From: Candidatus Poribacteria bacterium
GTDB taxonomy: Bacteria; Poribacteria; WGA-4E; WGA-3G
Length of the DNA: 64,000 nucleotides
Direction: 5' to 3'
Assembly (NCBI GenBank): GCA_965207855.1
Contig: OZ242310.1
Coordinates: 5,128,151-5,192,150, forward strand
The notes beneath the pieces were generated by a model. It was not told the DNA's origin. It worked only from the letters and a program-made list of their open reading frames with translations, and made no database searches. How positions within the stretch are numbered: position 1 is the first letter of the stretch; each line of letters begins with the position of its first letter. The translations under genes were made by a program, and so were the position numbers. Shown one piece after another: positions 50,429 through 59,800 of this stretch.

Positions 50429-50453
50429 CACAAACTAAAAGTTTGTGCTACAC
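50429..50453. repeat. palindromic box ACAAACTAAAAGTTTGT + GCTACAC tail
   Basis: CACAAACTAAAAGTTTGTGCTACAC. Confidence 0.75.
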
Positions 50454-50541
50454 GTCGATGGCTTTGGAATGTGAAAATAGCACTTTCAAAACATCCGAAA
50501 TGTTTAATCAAACCGGTGTTATGTATAATGAGGAAGGTTTA

Positions 50542-51576
50542 TTAATACGACAAAGCCTCGCGGAGTTGCGCGTCAAGGTCATCTGGGGGTTCAAACGGGA
50601 GGTCAATGGGTTGGTGAGAGATCACACTTGCATAGATGCCCAAAACGGCGTTGAACTGGTGGAGTGCAAGTTTTAGATTCGTTTCGACTGGACGGGTATC
50701 GTCTTCAAGCCAGTCGAACATCGCCTGTGTCAGACGCGCCTGTGCGAGGTCGTTGTTTGCACGCCATTCGTCAGGTGTTGTTTGATGCTTCTCTACTTTC
50801 TCGGTAGAAACAATCTGCCATCCAGCGAATTCTTCAAATCGCACGTATCCGGTTTCACCGTATGCTGTCACGCGGCAGTGTGTGTGAACAGCAGTGTCGT
50901 TGGTTACACGGGGTGATGTCCAGCCGGTGTTCCAGAGACCGTAGACCCCGTTTTCAAACAAAACTTGACATGAAGTCGTGTCTGGGGCAGGATAGTCGCT
51001 ATCAAGCAACTCGGCACCGCTCGCTGTTCCGAAGACCCTGACGATAGGAGAATCGTTGTTCAGGGACATCGCCCAATCAATGATATGCGTGCCTTGGGCA
51101 GTGAGGTTCATACCACACGAAAAATCTAAAAAGTTAACCGCTCCTAATTCACCGTTCTGCACTGCCCTTCGACAGTTGATGAATCCCGGATGCCAGCGGA
51201 ATTGTTTTCCAACCCCGAATTTTGTATCGGTCTCAGCCTCTAATTCAGACAAAAAACGCCAGTCTGAAACGCTACAAGCGATCGGTTTTTCGACAATACA
51301 CGCTGGCACACCGAGTTCAGAGACCATCGGTATGAGTTCACGCCACTGGTCAGGCATAGCGACGAGGTGAACGAGGTCGGGCTGCTCTGCACGGAGCATC
51401 TGCTCGGCATTTGCATAACCTGTGATCCCAAAGGTTTCAGCAAATTTCTCGCGTCGGGTTGTATCTGAACGATTGGCACACGCGACTAACTCGGCTTTCG
51501 GAATTTGTTGATAGGCATTGGCATGACCGTAGGCTCTACCGCCGCAGCCGATGATTGCGCTGCGATATTTGGGCAT
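50542..51576 (-). CDS. Gfo/Idh/MocA-family NAD(P)-dependent oxidoreductase
   Basis: 344 aa; N-terminal Rossmann AIIGCGGRAYGHA; family length. Confidence 0.8.
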   Translation of the reverse strand: MPKYRSAIIGCGGRAYGHANAYQQIPKAELVACANRSDTTRREKFAETFGITGYANAEQMLRAEQPDLVHLVAMPDQWRELIPMVSELGVPACIVEKPIACSVSDWRFLSELEAETDTKFGVGKQFRWHPGFINCRRAVQNGELGAVNFLDFSCGMNLTAQGTHIIDWAMSLNNDSPIVRVFGTASGAELLDSDYPAPDTTSCQVLFENGVYGLWNTGWTSPRVTNDTAVHTHCRVTAYGETGYVRFEEFAGWQIVSTEKVEKHQTTPDEWRANNDLAQARLTQAMFDWLEDDTRPVETNLKLALHQFNAVLGIYASVISHQPIDLPFEPPDDLDAQLREALSY

Positions 51577-51768
51577 TATATAAACATCCTTAACTGATTG
51601 CTGGCAATAGATAGCGAGGTTAGATGAAGGTAAAAAAATAAATCGGGTAATTTTTTAACCAAACTCGGTGCGGTTGGAAAACCGCACCTACCGGACCGGG
51701 GGAGTGTTGGAATTACCCATTTAAATACTTAATCTTCATGAAACCTCGCCAGCGGCGTAAATACAAAA

Positions 51769-52605
51769 TTAACGTTCTAACTTTACGCTCGCCCAAACCG
51801 TTGTTAAACGTCCTTTTGGCGAGACAGGCGTGAACCCAAAGAGCCTACCGAGTCCTTTGTCCATGATCTCATTGATGTCGGCTTCGCTTAAAGCGGTATT
51901 GAAGACAGCGACATCGTCCATGAGTCCCCACCCGGGTCGCTGGTCGGGCATCCCGCCAATGTTGAGGGCTTGTCCTGTTAATCCAAAAACGCCACCGGTA
52001 TTGGCTTGCGCATCAACCTTGCCGTCTACATAGGCTATCATCTTCTTACTATCGTATGTGAAAGCGATGTGGTGCCACTGGTCATCGTTGACGAGCGTTG
52101 GACCGGAGACCCATGAGGGTGCGAGCTGGCCACTGCCAATCTCAACCTTCCCGTGCCCACCACCTCTTCCGGGTCCAAAGATGTTCAACAGGTTGGTATA
52201 CATGAAGTTAATGATGGCATGGTCGTCGTTACAACAACCACCCAAAACGACTTTATCCTTTTTCTTCAGTTTCACCCACGTCGTTGCGGTGTATTCCTCA
52301 GCACAACTGTCCAAACTTTTTGAAGTCTCAACCCTTGCAATCTGGAAGTCGTTATCACCGGAGAGACTCAACGCCTTATCAAATTTCCCATCGTCGACCA
52401 ATTCGGCACCTTTAAGCAATTCCGCATCATTGCCGTTATCGGTAGAATCGGGAGACATATCGTTTTTGACTTCATCAAAGAGCCATACGCCAACGATGTT
52501 TTTGGTATCAATTGCCGCATCGCTCACGGGTGTAAGCATCAAGGAGATAACCATTAAGCAAATTATCCCGAAAATAGATAAGTTTCGCACAGCATTACCC
52601 TCCAT
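51769..52605 (-). CDS. secreted LamG/concanavalin-A-like lectin domain protein
   Basis: 278 aa; signal peptide; LamG-type sandwich signature (DDQWHHIAFTYD, LNIGG, DDVAVFNTALSEADINEIM). Confidence 0.55.
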   Translation of the reverse strand: MEGNAVRNLSIFGIICLMVISLMLTPVSDAAIDTKNIVGVWLFDEVKNDMSPDSTDNGNDAELLKGAELVDDGKFDKALSLSGDNDFQIARVETSKSLDSCAEEYTATTWVKLKKKDKVVLGGCCNDDHAIINFMYTNLLNIFGPGRGGGHGKVEIGSGQLAPSWVSGPTLVNDDQWHHIAFTYDSKKMIAYVDGKVDAQANTGGVFGLTGQALNIGGMPDQRPGWGLMDDVAVFNTALSEADINEIMDKGLGRLFGFTPVSPKGRLTTVWASVKLER

Positions 52606-52890
52606 AATTGGAATTGCTGGACATCCTATCTCAATAATATGAAAAAGTCAAAGGAAAAAAGTATGCAGCCTTCCGCTGAATCTGGTAGAATAGAGAAAAC
52701 ACGGAAATAAAAAATAGTAGCGTTACAAAAATCTGTGTAAACATAAAGACTCAATTTGTCGTTTTTAATCAAGAATCAATTTTAAATTACCTCCCTATCA
52801 CTGCGAACGGTCGTTTTTTATAAGGCCTTATCATGCCGCGCTCCTTAATATTCACAGAAACGCAGTAAATAGGACAAACCGAGAGTATAC

Positions 52891-55800
52891 GTGCAGATAC
52901 ATTTTTTGCTAAAATTTGTAGACCAGTTAACCTTAAAAGCGCGAAATCTGCTGTTAAAAACTGGACTTATCCTTATCATTGTAATCTCTGCAATGTCTGA
53001 AGTCGCTGTGAGTCGTATCGCTGAAGAAGAAACCGAATCGACAGAAGAAACGCAAACAGAGGCTACAAACCCCCGCCAACGCGCCGCCACTCCTGATACC
53101 GAGGTATCCGAGACCCCTGAGGAACATCAGCATTACACTGAATTCGGCCTGTCCAACCGCAACCCCTTTGATAGTGGTAGTGCGTCAAAACACTTCATCT
53201 GGCAGAATCGCGATCAGCAAGAATGGCAGGCACTGGATACAGCGCAAGAAACTGAAGACCCAGAGCCGACAACCGATAGCGATCGCCTCATACAACCCTA
53301 CTTAGACAGTCTCCGAAGATGGCGGTATCCCCCAGACATGACCGACCTCAGCAAACTCTACAATTGGAAACCGAAGCCGAAACGGGACGAAGAAGGTATC
53401 GCGCTCCCCATGGATTCCAATCTCAAGATTACAGGCTTACAATCCGTAACGATAGAGGCAAATAAGACTCACTACTTCGGAGAAGGGGATCTGAACCGAT
53501 ACGGCGGATACGGTTATGGTGGCGGATACGGGAGTTACTCATCGGGACTCGACTTAGGGCTCACATCGTCGTACGGTTATGAGGATTTCGGCTATAGCAG
53601 CGGCGGATTTGGGGGTGGATACGGTTCAGGGCTTGGAAGTGGATATAGCAGTTACGGAGGCGGCTATAGTAGCGGATATGGCAGCGGGTATGGGGGATAT
53701 GGTGGGTATGGGAGTGGCGGTGTTCCGCGAGCAACAGGCTTTAACCTACGACAGATTCAGCAGTTCGGTCTCCACGGTCGTGTCGGACAACGGACGCATA
53801 TTGCCGTAGATTACAGTGCCGGTGGCAGCAGTTTCGGCAGCGGTGGCTACGGCGGCTACGGTGGTGGCTATGGCGGCTACGGCGGTGGGTATGGTATAGG
53901 GGGTGCGAAGGAGCAGAAGATTAAAATCTGGTATGAAGGTACCCCGGATAGTATTATAAAAACGTTCTCTTTCGGCGACATCACACTCAGCTTACCGAAT
54001 ACCCGTTTTTTGAATATCAATCGGAACTTATTCGGGCTTGAAGGCGTTTTTGAATGGAAAAACGCACGTCTGACAGCGTTCGGTTCCCGGAGCAAGGGAA
54101 TACGCGAGGTACGGACTTTCCGAGGACAATCGCGGCGCGCAGGTGGAGGCTACGGGTACGGCCCCCGTGGCATTCAGATTCAAGACACCAACTATGTTAA
54201 AAGCAGGTTCTACCACATCCATAGAGATGAAGATGGTGCCCTTCATGAGGCATATCTGCCCATAAAAGCAGGGAGCGAAGAAATTTACATCGATGATGGT
54301 GTTGTGGGCAACAACCAAGGCGGTAAAAGGACGAGTCGCGGCTATTTCAACCCACAGTTCACCGGGCAAGACTACAATATAGACTATGAAACGGGTGAGA
54401 TAGAATTTCTCTCGCCGATTTCGGCGAGTTACACCATCGTTGTGGCGTACGAATATCTGGGTAGTGGTGGCGGCAGTGTTGGAAACCCCGAAGAAGTCTT
54501 TGTCGACGAAAACGGAGATGGGACCCTTGATGAGGAAGGGGAAGAAGTCGGCTACGTTGTGCTAAAAGAGAAGGGTTTCCGTGGGACAGAGGCGACCCAC
54601 GTCTACAGTCTCGGCAACCGAAACATTAATCCGCGCGACTTCACACTCACAATCATTCGCCAAGGACAAAGTGATACGTTCCAAACGAGTAGCGGTTCCG
54701 CCGCTTACATCGAAATTTTCGGTTTGGACCAAAACGGCGATGGTAATATCGATGCCCAGTTCATAGACTACGATAGAGGTATTCTTCGTTTTCCAACAAC
54801 CTACGGCAGCCATCCGTTTCAAATCACAGATCCGAACCACCCCTACTATGCCTACCGTGATACGCTCAGCAACAACGCCATCTATCTTGAAGGTGTCCGA
54901 ACAGATGCCCAAATCTATACGATTATCGCCGATTACGCGTATCAATCAGAGACCTACAACGTCGGCTTATTCGTCATTCCAAACAGTGAAACCGTTCGCC
55001 TCAACGGTCGTCTCCTGACCCGCGACACCGATTATATGATGCTGTATGAGGTTGGCACGCTCCGTTTTTTCAGGCAGCTCGATGAGTTTGATGAAATTGT
55101 TGTGGAATTTGAAAAGACACCGTTCGGCGGTTCATCACAACAGGCTGTCGTCGGTGCCTGGTTAGAGTACACACATAAACCGAAGCCTAAATCGGGAAGA
55201 GAACAGAGCCTTGAGGATAGATTTAACCGATTAGGCGGTATGCAAACGATGGACCCGACGCTTGGCACCGGAACCCAAGACGCTTTCGGTGAAACTTTTT
55301 CGAGAGGCAGAAGCGGTGGCTTCGGAAGGAGTGGTTTCGGCGGCGGTTTTGGACGTAGCGGATTTGGTAGCGGCTTCGGGGGCAGTGGCTTTGGGGGCGG
55401 TTACAGCAGTTACGGCGGTCTCGGCGGTAGGTCTCGGAGTTACGGCAGCTACGGCAGCAGGATGAACTACTTCAATCCTGTTTTCCAAAAAGGATTCGCG
55501 TTATCAACGGGTTATATTCTGAATACCGGCCAAAAACCGGCGGAAATACCAGATGTCAACAGCGTTCCCAACCGTTTACAAGCGGTCAACGTAAACACCA
55601 GTTTCGGCAGAGAATTTAATATTGCAGGCATCTTCAATCTATTACCGTTCATTAATATGCGCAACTTCCCACTTTCCCTCGACTTTAGTGGGGAAGCCGC
55701 TTACTCACATAATAACCCGAATAGTATAGGGGTTGCACTCATTGATAGTATGGAGGGTGCGAAGGAAGCGACAACGGTGCCCACGCTGAAATACAACTGG

Positions 55801-58800
55801 AAACATAGCAGTCTACCTTATGTTTCACGAAACCAAACGACAACTGGAAATCCATCGGATTATCGAGTGATACCGACCCATGAAAACAGAGCCATTTTTA
55901 GGGTTGTCCTGAAAGATAAAAACGAATCCGAAGCCATCGGAAACTACATGCGAAACCGGGATGTCCCTGCTTCCTCAATCCAACCGCTCTCCCTCTCGAC
56001 CGAAGAACGGCTTATTATGGAACTCGGTTACGATTTCAGAGATGTCGTTGCAGAATGGGGAGGCTTTTCAAACGGTCTATCCGCATCAGGTGTAGATTAT
56101 TCGGAACGCGGTTTCCTCGAAATCTGGCTACGCGTCCAAGGCGACGATAATGTGACACTGCACTTGAACCTCGGTGTCGTGAACGAAGATACCGATGAAG
56201 ACCAGCGGTTGGACAGCGAAGACCTTCCTGATACGCTAATTGACACAAATGGGGATGGCAGTGTCGATGCCTTAGATTTGGACTTGGAGAATCTCTCAGA
56301 CGTTGACCGCTATCGCGGAAACGGCGCACTGGATACCGGTGAAGACGTAGGATGGAATTACGATGGACCTCTGGGTGGCATCTCTGTGGGTGAAGATAAC
56401 CAGATCCTGGACAGCGAAGACCTCAACGGGGACGGTGTACTCGATGGTGCCGATGCCTACTTTGAAATCTCAATCCCACTCAATGAGATCCCGAATGAAT
56501 GGATCAAAAGCAAAAATGCAAATGACTGGATGTTCCTGAGTATTCCGCTCTCGAAATTTACGCCAACGGGTTCGCGGCTCCCCAGTCTTGTATTCGTGCA
56601 ACACTTCCGGTTCTGGTTGAGCAAAAACGCACCCGGCAACGCACAAGGCACCTTGCAGTGGGCATCCATAGAAATTGTTGGAAACAAATGGCAACAAGGA
56701 ATTATAACCCGCTCCGCCTCGCAAATCAATCCGGAGATTGAACCTACACTTAGCGATCCTGCGCTTACACCTACAGATGAAACACTCTCAACAAGCACAA
56801 TCGTCGAGGATACACTCGAAAAGTTCATCATTGGCACAAAAGACAACTTCAGCTACGATGATTATCAGAGCGCGTATCTTGACATTGAGGACAATGAACT
56901 CTTCAAAAAACTGCATCCATTTACAGCAACGTCCCTCGGCTTTCAAACGCAACAGCAACGCGAACAGACGCTGAGTCTTGAGTATTATCTCTTTCCGGGA
57001 TCTTACGGCGTTACTTCTAAACAACTGAAAGGTTTAACGCAAAGCGAAGGGCAAGACTTTAGCAAGCACGATACGCTCCGATTTTGGCTCTATGGTGATA
57101 AAAGCGATACAACTTTTGTTTTGCAACTCGCCCCGACCGTCCGCACCGGCTATCGCAGCTCGTTTTATAGTTCAGACCCGTTCGTTGATCAGACACAGGA
57201 AGAAGAGGTCAATGTTTTTGAGAATCTAACAGACTATTATGAATATACGGTGCCGATCGACTTTGATGGCTGGAAATTGATTGAAATTGATCTACAGGAC
57301 TTGCACAGGAACGTCTATCCCGATGTAGTGGTCAGCGATCCGCAGTCAGCAATCAGCGATCCCTCTCTTGTAGGAACAGAGATACCACCCCCCACTACGG
57401 ATAGCCAACCGATAGACGATGCCCCCGATGGACACCCTGATGGCTTCGCGATTCGTGGGAGAAACAGCGCGCGACTCTCGATTAAAAACATTGGTGGTAT
57501 CCTATTGGGTATTCGTAATGACACCGAGCGTGAAATCAGCGGTGAGATCTGGGTGAACGAGATCCATCTCGGCGATCCGCTTGTTCGTGCCGGATGGGCG
57601 CGGCGTGGCAATATGTCAGTCGGTCTCGGTAATATTGTTAAGTTGCGGGGCGGTTATGCGAGCCAAGACAAAGACTTTGAAAGCGGTGCTGGCGAAGTCG
57701 GCAGACAACGGCTTTCTTCACGCGGATACAGCACGACGAACAACGATTACAACGTTGATGCAGATGTTACGCTCTTCTCGTGGTTACCCGTCCGATATGC
57801 CATCCGCCAACAGGAAACGGAAACCGAGAGTCAGCGGGGCGGTTATAGTAGTTTTCAGAGCGGGAAAAGCGAAATTCGGAGTCGAGACTTTTCTGTTCAA
57901 TTCAACCGAAATCCGTTTCCAAACCTCGGCTTCGCTTATAACTATCAAGATTTCTGGAACGAACGTCAAGGCACGCAAATTAGCCATCTCTATACCGGCA
58001 GTTTCCGTTACGATCTCGGTTCAAAGCTCGGCGTTAATGCGCAGTATCGCCACGAGGATATACTTGCCAAACCGGAAACCGCGACAGATACGGCTTCAAC
58101 TTCCAGCTCCTATTATAGTTACGGTTACGGCAGAAATCGGGACGAAAAGACAGATAGTGGTACAATAACGTTAAATATTAATCCGACAAACGTCTTCAGC
58201 CTGAGTCCAACTTACGACATCAGCCGGACGCTTGAAAGACGAGAAGATCGAAGTTCCAGTGTGTCCTTTGGTAGTAATGTAGCAACAGCGTCAGAACCGG
58301 CTGAACCCGAAGAAGAGATAGAACCCGACTTTTCAATTGCGCAACGCGAACATCGCTTGTCGCTCACACCGCGTCTGAATCGGGATCTGCTTGGGATGCG
58401 ACCGACTGTCACAAGCCGGATGAGTTTCCGTGAGAATTGGTTCAGCGAAGAAAAAAATGCGTCGCTCAATGGAAACGTCAGCCTTGGTATGAATCTACGC
58501 ATCGAAAAATGGTTCGGATGGCTCTTAAATGGCAGTCAGCAGTCAGCAATCGGCAATCAGCAATCAGCAGATCGTGTTCCAGGAGAAAACGCTGTATCTG
58601 CCACAAAGGAGTTACCGATAACCGATAACCAACAACCGACAACTCTTACAGAACAGTTACGTGAAGATGGTATTGATGAGACCCAAATCCAAGAGCTTGA
58701 AGAAAAGCGTGGTGATTGGATTGAACGCGATAAAACAGCGGAAGGCGAACCGCGAATAGCGAATAGCGAACCGCCAACGGTTTCCAACAGCCAACAACAG

Positions 58801-59634
58801 GATGGGCTTCTGAACCGAATGCTAAAAAGTTTTACCGTTAGCACGAACGCCAACTTTACAGCAACCGAATCGTATCGGCGGCTTGCATCCGGTCAGTCAA
58901 TTATGGAAATCTATTCGCTTGCCGAAGATGCCAAGGAACGGACGAACTCGCGGCGGAGCAACCGTTACACGTTGCGAAGCTCGGTAGATCCATGGAAATG
59001 GGCATCCTTTGGGGCAAACGTCAGTACCTCTGATAGTTTCCGAAAGAGCTCAGCCAGCATTTATACATCACACGCAGAAGCTTATGAAACCGACCTAAAA
59101 CTGACTGCGAAGGAAACCACCAGCTTCCAACTCCGTTATAGTTTCACGAAACGAGACAATACAACACAGGAAACGACGCTCAGCGATAGTGCCGCGCACA
59201 CACCCTCACTCAGCTGGATACACACATGGGGGAAAGAGATTCGGACGGCATTGGGGATTCGCACGACTTTCCAAGATCAGCAGCGCAGTGGTATTCAAAG
59301 CAACGCCTTTATCGTCACACCAAATCTGAGTGTTGATTACCGCTACCGGACAGAAAATGGGATACGCCTCCCGTTTTTCGGCAGAATCCCACTGCAACAC
59401 GATTTGGAGTTAACCAACACCCTCTCTTGGGCGATTCGGCGGGAGCAATTCGGTGCCAACCGTGAAGAACGTTCGGAACGCTACGAGACAACGCTGCGCG
59501 TCGGATACAAAATTAGTACGCATATTACGGCAAACCTCCACCTCGGTGTCAGCTACAATAACGACAGAGTTGAAGAGGGTAGGGACTTCCTTTCCATTGC
59601 AAGCGCGCTGACCATCCGCGGCGAGATTCAGTAA
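52891..59634 (+). CDS. giant (2247 aa) secreted Gly/Tyr-rich surface protein with acidic Ca-binding-type repeats and a beta-rich C-terminal region; SprA-like is a tentative comparison only
   Basis: Single uninterrupted ORF; N-terminal signal/anchor; acidic low-complexity stretch; repeated GGYGYGGGYGS tracts; clustered D-x-D-x-D-G segments (DTNGDGSVDALDLD, DSEDLNGDGVLDGADAY); C-terminal about 700 aa with alternating hydrophobic pattern. Confidence 0.7.
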   Translation: MQIHFLLKFVDQLTLKARNLLLKTGLILIIVISAMSEVAVSRIAEEETESTEETQTEATNPRQRAATPDTEVSETPEEHQHYTEFGLSNRNPFDSGSASKHFIWQNRDQQEWQALDTAQETEDPEPTTDSDRLIQPYLDSLRRWRYPPDMTDLSKLYNWKPKPKRDEEGIALPMDSNLKITGLQSVTIEANKTHYFGEGDLNRYGGYGYGGGYGSYSSGLDLGLTSSYGYEDFGYSSGGFGGGYGSGLGSGYSSYGGGYSSGYGSGYGGYGGYGSGGVPRATGFNLRQIQQFGLHGRVGQRTHIAVDYSAGGSSFGSGGYGGYGGGYGGYGGGYGIGGAKEQKIKIWYEGTPDSIIKTFSFGDITLSLPNTRFLNINRNLFGLEGVFEWKNARLTAFGSRSKGIREVRTFRGQSRRAGGGYGYGPRGIQIQDTNYVKSRFYHIHRDEDGALHEAYLPIKAGSEEIYIDDGVVGNNQGGKRTSRGYFNPQFTGQDYNIDYETGEIEFLSPISASYTIVVAYEYLGSGGGSVGNPEEVFVDENGDGTLDEEGEEVGYVVLKEKGFRGTEATHVYSLGNRNINPRDFTLTIIRQGQSDTFQTSSGSAAYIEIFGLDQNGDGNIDAQFIDYDRGILRFPTTYGSHPFQITDPNHPYYAYRDTLSNNAIYLEGVRTDAQIYTIIADYAYQSETYNVGLFVIPNSETVRLNGRLLTRDTDYMMLYEVGTLRFFRQLDEFDEIVVEFEKTPFGGSSQQAVVGAWLEYTHKPKPKSGREQSLEDRFNRLGGMQTMDPTLGTGTQDAFGETFSRGRSGGFGRSGFGGGFGRSGFGSGFGGSGFGGGYSSYGGLGGRSRSYGSYGSRMNYFNPVFQKGFALSTGYILNTGQKPAEIPDVNSVPNRLQAVNVNTSFGREFNIAGIFNLLPFINMRNFPLSLDFSGEAAYSHNNPNSIGVALIDSMEGAKEATTVPTLKYNWKHSSLPYVSRNQTTTGNPSDYRVIPTHENRAIFRVVLKDKNESEAIGNYMRNRDVPASSIQPLSLSTEERLIMELGYDFRDVVAEWGGFSNGLSASGVDYSERGFLEIWLRVQGDDNVTLHLNLGVVNEDTDEDQRLDSEDLPDTLIDTNGDGSVDALDLDLENLSDVDRYRGNGALDTGEDVGWNYDGPLGGISVGEDNQILDSEDLNGDGVLDGADAYFEISIPLNEIPNEWIKSKNANDWMFLSIPLSKFTPTGSRLPSLVFVQHFRFWLSKNAPGNAQGTLQWASIEIVGNKWQQGIITRSASQINPEIEPTLSDPALTPTDETLSTSTIVEDTLEKFIIGTKDNFSYDDYQSAYLDIEDNELFKKLHPFTATSLGFQTQQQREQTLSLEYYLFPGSYGVTSKQLKGLTQSEGQDFSKHDTLRFWLYGDKSDTTFVLQLAPTVRTGYRSSFYSSDPFVDQTQEEEVNVFENLTDYYEYTVPIDFDGWKLIEIDLQDLHRNVYPDVVVSDPQSAISDPSLVGTEIPPPTTDSQPIDDAPDGHPDGFAIRGRNSARLSIKNIGGILLGIRNDTEREISGEIWVNEIHLGDPLVRAGWARRGNMSVGLGNIVKLRGGYASQDKDFESGAGEVGRQRLSSRGYSTTNNDYNVDADVTLFSWLPVRYAIRQQETETESQRGGYSSFQSGKSEIRSRDFSVQFNRNPFPNLGFAYNYQDFWNERQGTQISHLYTGSFRYDLGSKLGVNAQYRHEDILAKPETATDTASTSSSYYSYGYGRNRDEKTDSGTITLNINPTNVFSLSPTYDISRTLERREDRSSSVSFGSNVATASEPAEPEEEIEPDFSIAQREHRLSLTPRLNRDLLGMRPTVTSRMSFRENWFSEEKNASLNGNVSLGMNLRIEKWFGWLLNGSQQSAIGNQQSADRVPGENAVSATKELPITDNQQPTTLTEQLREDGIDETQIQELEEKRGDWIERDKTAEGEPRIANSEPPTVSNSQQQDGLLNRMLKSFTVSTNANFTATESYRRLASGQSIMEIYSLAEDAKERTNSRRSNRYTLRSSVDPWKWASFGANVSTSDSFRKSSASIYTSHAEAYETDLKLTAKETTSFQLRYSFTKRDNTTQETTLSDSAAHTPSLSWIHTWGKEIRTALGIRTTFQDQQRSGIQSNAFIVTPNLSVDYRYRTENGIRLPFFGRIPLQHDLELTNTLSWAIRREQFGANREERSERYETTLRVGYKISTHITANLHLGVSYNNDRVEEGRDFLSIASALTIRGEIQ

Positions 59635-59800
59635 CATCCTTAGCATAACCCAGAAAAAAAATTGAACAGAAAAGCAATCTATGGTATAGTGGCTATCGGT
59701 TAAAGGTTGTCGGTTAAGAGACCTCGTGGAATTCAATCACTACGTACGTAACTGCCACAACCAATAACCAATAACCAACAACCATCAGCAAAGGATAAAT

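Noticed and set aside
52891-59634. The giant ORF as an assembly artefact or a string of fused genes.
   Set aside because: The reading frame is continuous over 6.7 kb, with consistent composition and no internal RBS-start patterns. The low-complexity GGYG tracts are in frame.
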